This document shows, one piece after another, positions 23,430 through 24,950 of a stretch of 24,950 nt of DNA. How positions within the stretch are numbered: the stretch's first letter is position 1; every line of letters begins with the position of its first letter. Below the pieces are notes generated by a model that was not told the origin of the DNA, did not search any database, and saw nothing but the letters and a program-made list of their open reading frames with translations. Source of the stretch: a virus (lineage: Duplodnaviria > Caudoviricetes); the IMG/VR virus record IMGVR_UViG_3300043442_000022, positions 1-24,950 of that record, one strand, 5' to 3'. The position numbers were made by a program, and so were the translations under genes.

Positions 23430-24031
23430 CAAGTGATCTGCCCGCTGTACAGGGGCAGATAGTAGGTCGTTGCACCCACCTTGCACTTCAGCGTAGCCGC
23501 AGCACTGGCCAGCGTGGTGCCGGTAGTCAGCAACTTGCCCGAACCCGCCGTCAAACCTTGCAGGTTGAACAGGAACGCATTGGAGTCCACCGCAGCCACA
23601 TTGGCACCTTGAGTGGAGATGTACATAAACGCCGTGGCAGTGCCGGTAGAAGCACTGGCCGGAGCATTCAGTTCAATCTCAACAGGAGCGTAGTTACCCG
23701 ACGAAGTACCGGCAGACAGAGTCATCTCAGCCACAAAAGCCGAACCCAGACCCGTGGTGCGACCCGCCGCGCCGTAAGTAACTTCAGCCTTCAGGGCGTT
23801 GGAGAAACTGCCCAGAGCCACATTGGTGCTCATGGCGAATTTGGAACGTCCACCGTCAGCGCCAGCGCCAGTCATCGTGGTATCCACGACCAGCGGCTGA
23901 TAAGTGCCGCTCGTTGCAGCGTTGGTGGTGGTAATCGTGTTGCCACCAGAAGTGATGGTCAACGTGCCAATGAAGCTGCCCTCAAATCCATTGTTGGATT
24001 TGACTGGGCCCGTGAAAGTAGTGCGCGCCAT
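23429..24031 (-). CDS. Head fibre / minor capsid-associated protein, 200 aa
   Basis: ATG at 24031 with GAGGAG RBS. 'MARTTFTGPVKS.NGF' N-terminus, Thr/Gly/Ala-rich beta body, C-terminal 'LKCKVGATTYYLPLY'. First gene after the capsid gene. Confidence 0.65.
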   Translation of the reverse strand: MARTTFTGPVKSNNGFEGSFIGTLTITSGGNTITTTNAATSGTYQPLVVDTTMTGAGADGGRSKFAMSTNVALGSFSNALKAEVTYGAAGRTTGLGSAFVAEMTLSAGTSSGNYAPVEIELNAPASASTGTATAFMYISTQGANVAAVDSNAFLFNLQGLTAGSGKLLTTGTTLASAAATLKCKVGATTYYLPLYSGQIT

Positions 24032-24045
24032 TGAAGGCTCCTCTT

Positions 24046-24096
24046 TTGCGCTTGCTGTCTGTGAGGTCAGTCCGCCAAGCCGGTCAGCAAGCAATG
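24046..24096 (-). ncRNA. Candidate structured RNA downstream of the capsid gene (Mu-gpT-DE-like)
   Basis: Perfect 8-bp stem GCUUGCUG/CAGCAAGC (24085-24092 with 24050-24057) enclosing ACCGGCUUGGCGGACUGACCUCACAGA. The location matches that described for the Mu-gpT-DE motif. Not verified by covariance model. Confidence 0.5.
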
Positions 24097-24136
24097 TGGG
24101 TTCTTGGACTTACCGAGTTTATACACCCGTCAAACG

Positions 24137-24174
24137 AAAAAGAAAAGGGGGTAACCCATTGCTGAGTTACCCCC
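24137..24174 (-). terminator. Rho-independent terminator after the major capsid gene
   Basis: GGGGGUAACUCA-GCAA-UGGGUUACCCCC (12-bp stem, one G-U pair, GNRA loop) followed by UUUUCUUUUU, 30 nt after the capsid stop. Confidence 0.92.
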
Positions 24175-24204
24175 AAAAGTACGCATGCCCTCATGCGTCC
24201 TAAA

Positions 24205-24948
24205 TCAAGCTCCGGGCGATCCCCACATACCAAGGGGATCAGACCAGCCGAACGAATAACGCTCGCGGGCCTTGTACCGCACGTTGCCGGTGTCGAAGTC
24301 GCCGTCCATAGACGTAGACATCGCCACACGCTCAAAGTGCTTCATGCCGTTGGGCACATCCGTGGTCAGGAACCAAGCGTTGACATCGGTCAAGAAGTGG
24401 TTGACCGTGAAGCCACCGGGGATAGCGCCCATCTGCTTGATAGCGTTGATGTCGTTATCGGCGGTAGCCACGCGCAGTTCCGTATCCAGCAGACGCTTGG
24501 CCGTGAACATCAGAGCAGGCGGGATCACCAGCTTGATGGGCTTGGCAGCAATCAGCAGACCACGCTCGTCCGTCCACGCAGCGATCTGAATGACGGCATT
24601 CTCAAGAGAAGTCTCATTCAGGTCAACACCAGTGGTCGGGCTGTTGTAGTTCACGCCGCCGGAAATCAGCGGGTGTCCCACACGCGTGTTGGAACTGTTG
24701 TTACCAAACAGCGTGACGCCGTCACCGCCCAGATAAGCGCCGTTGAAGCCGTTGTTGAGGACGGCAGCGGCCTTGACCTGCTTGGTGTAAGCCATAGCGC
24801 GAGCAAGCGCCTTGGTGTACCGGGCAGACAGGCTGTCATACAGATTGTCTTCCACGGCTTCCTCGGTGATTGAGAAACCAAGGGCGATAGTCTCGTGGTT
24901 GTAACGAGCGGTGAAGGCTTCCTGCGCATTGTCATACGCGATGGCCTG
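24205..24948 (-). CDS. Major capsid protein (HK97 fold, Mu gpT-like family), C-terminal part; 5' end outside the window
   Basis: The frame is open to the right edge (QAIAYDNAQEAFTARYNHETIALGFSITEEAVEDNLYD...). Motifs 'L.ETSLE.A.IQI..WTDERGL.IA.KP.KL.IPP.L.F.A.RLL' and 'GDFDTGNVRYKARERYSFGWSDP'. Followed by a strong terminator. Confidence 0.88.
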   Translation of the reverse strand, partial: QAIAYDNAQEAFTARYNHETIALGFSITEEAVEDNLYDSLSARYTKALARAMAYTKQVKAAAVLNNGFNGAYLGGDGVTLFGNNSSNTRVGHPLISGGVNYNSPTTGVDLNETSLENAVIQIAAWTDERGLLIAAKPIKLVIPPALMFTAKRLLDTELRVATADNDINAIKQMGAIPGGFTVNHFLTDVNAWFLTTDVPNGMKHFERVAMSTSMDGDFDTGNVRYKARERYSFGWSDPLGMWGSPGA

Positions 24949-24950
24949 AC

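Noticed and set aside
17610-24094. Longer ORF-track starts (18335, 18652, 20346, 20824, 20879, 23323, 23486, 24094)
   Set aside because: They overlap upstream genes or the RNA element. Downstream starts with an RBS or stop/start coupling fit better.
24105-24135. Sigma70-like promoter (TTGACG, TATAAA/TAAGTC) downstream of the terminator
   Set aside because: TTGACG to TATAAA spacing is only 4 nt, and the alternative -10 is poor with a 15-nt spacer. Not supportable from sequence alone.
1790-24873. All other plus-strand ORFs (e.g. 3107..3808, 9545..10216, 15590..16273, 21209..21943, 24193..24873)
   Set aside because: They are antisense to a gap-free, translationally coupled minus-strand operon. 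Long shadow ORFs are expected at this GC content.

Overview
This window is the late (virion morphogenesis and lysis) region of a tailed dsDNA bacteriophage, probably an uncultured podovirus-like phage. All ~36 credible genes lie on the minus strand, tightly packed, so transcription runs right to left. The order is: major capsid protein (cut by the right edge), a strong intrinsic terminator and a small structured RNA candidate, head-associated proteins, a block of small Lys/Arg/Gly-rich proteins, two adaptor-like ring proteins, tail/fibre genes including a 20-aa-repeat protein and three tandem Gly-rich paralogues, a lysis cassette (TM protein, 3TM-type holin, GH24 endolysin), a nozzle-like protein, a spike/needle-like protein, and four internal virion/ejection proteins (the last cut by the left edge). 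Two real genes are missing from the ORF track (2..1606 and 13587..13760). The most striking pattern is a peptide-tag system. About 20 copies of a [MFYLKRA]-x-x-G-G motif occur in the small basic proteins and three ejection proteins. Several otherwise unrelated small proteins also carry a shared C-terminal 'S-x-R-A-D-G-x-A-x-[RK]-G-K-T-x-G-K-M' tail, which suggests cassette-like capsid cargo. Functional calls rest on motif recognition and gene order, not on database searches.
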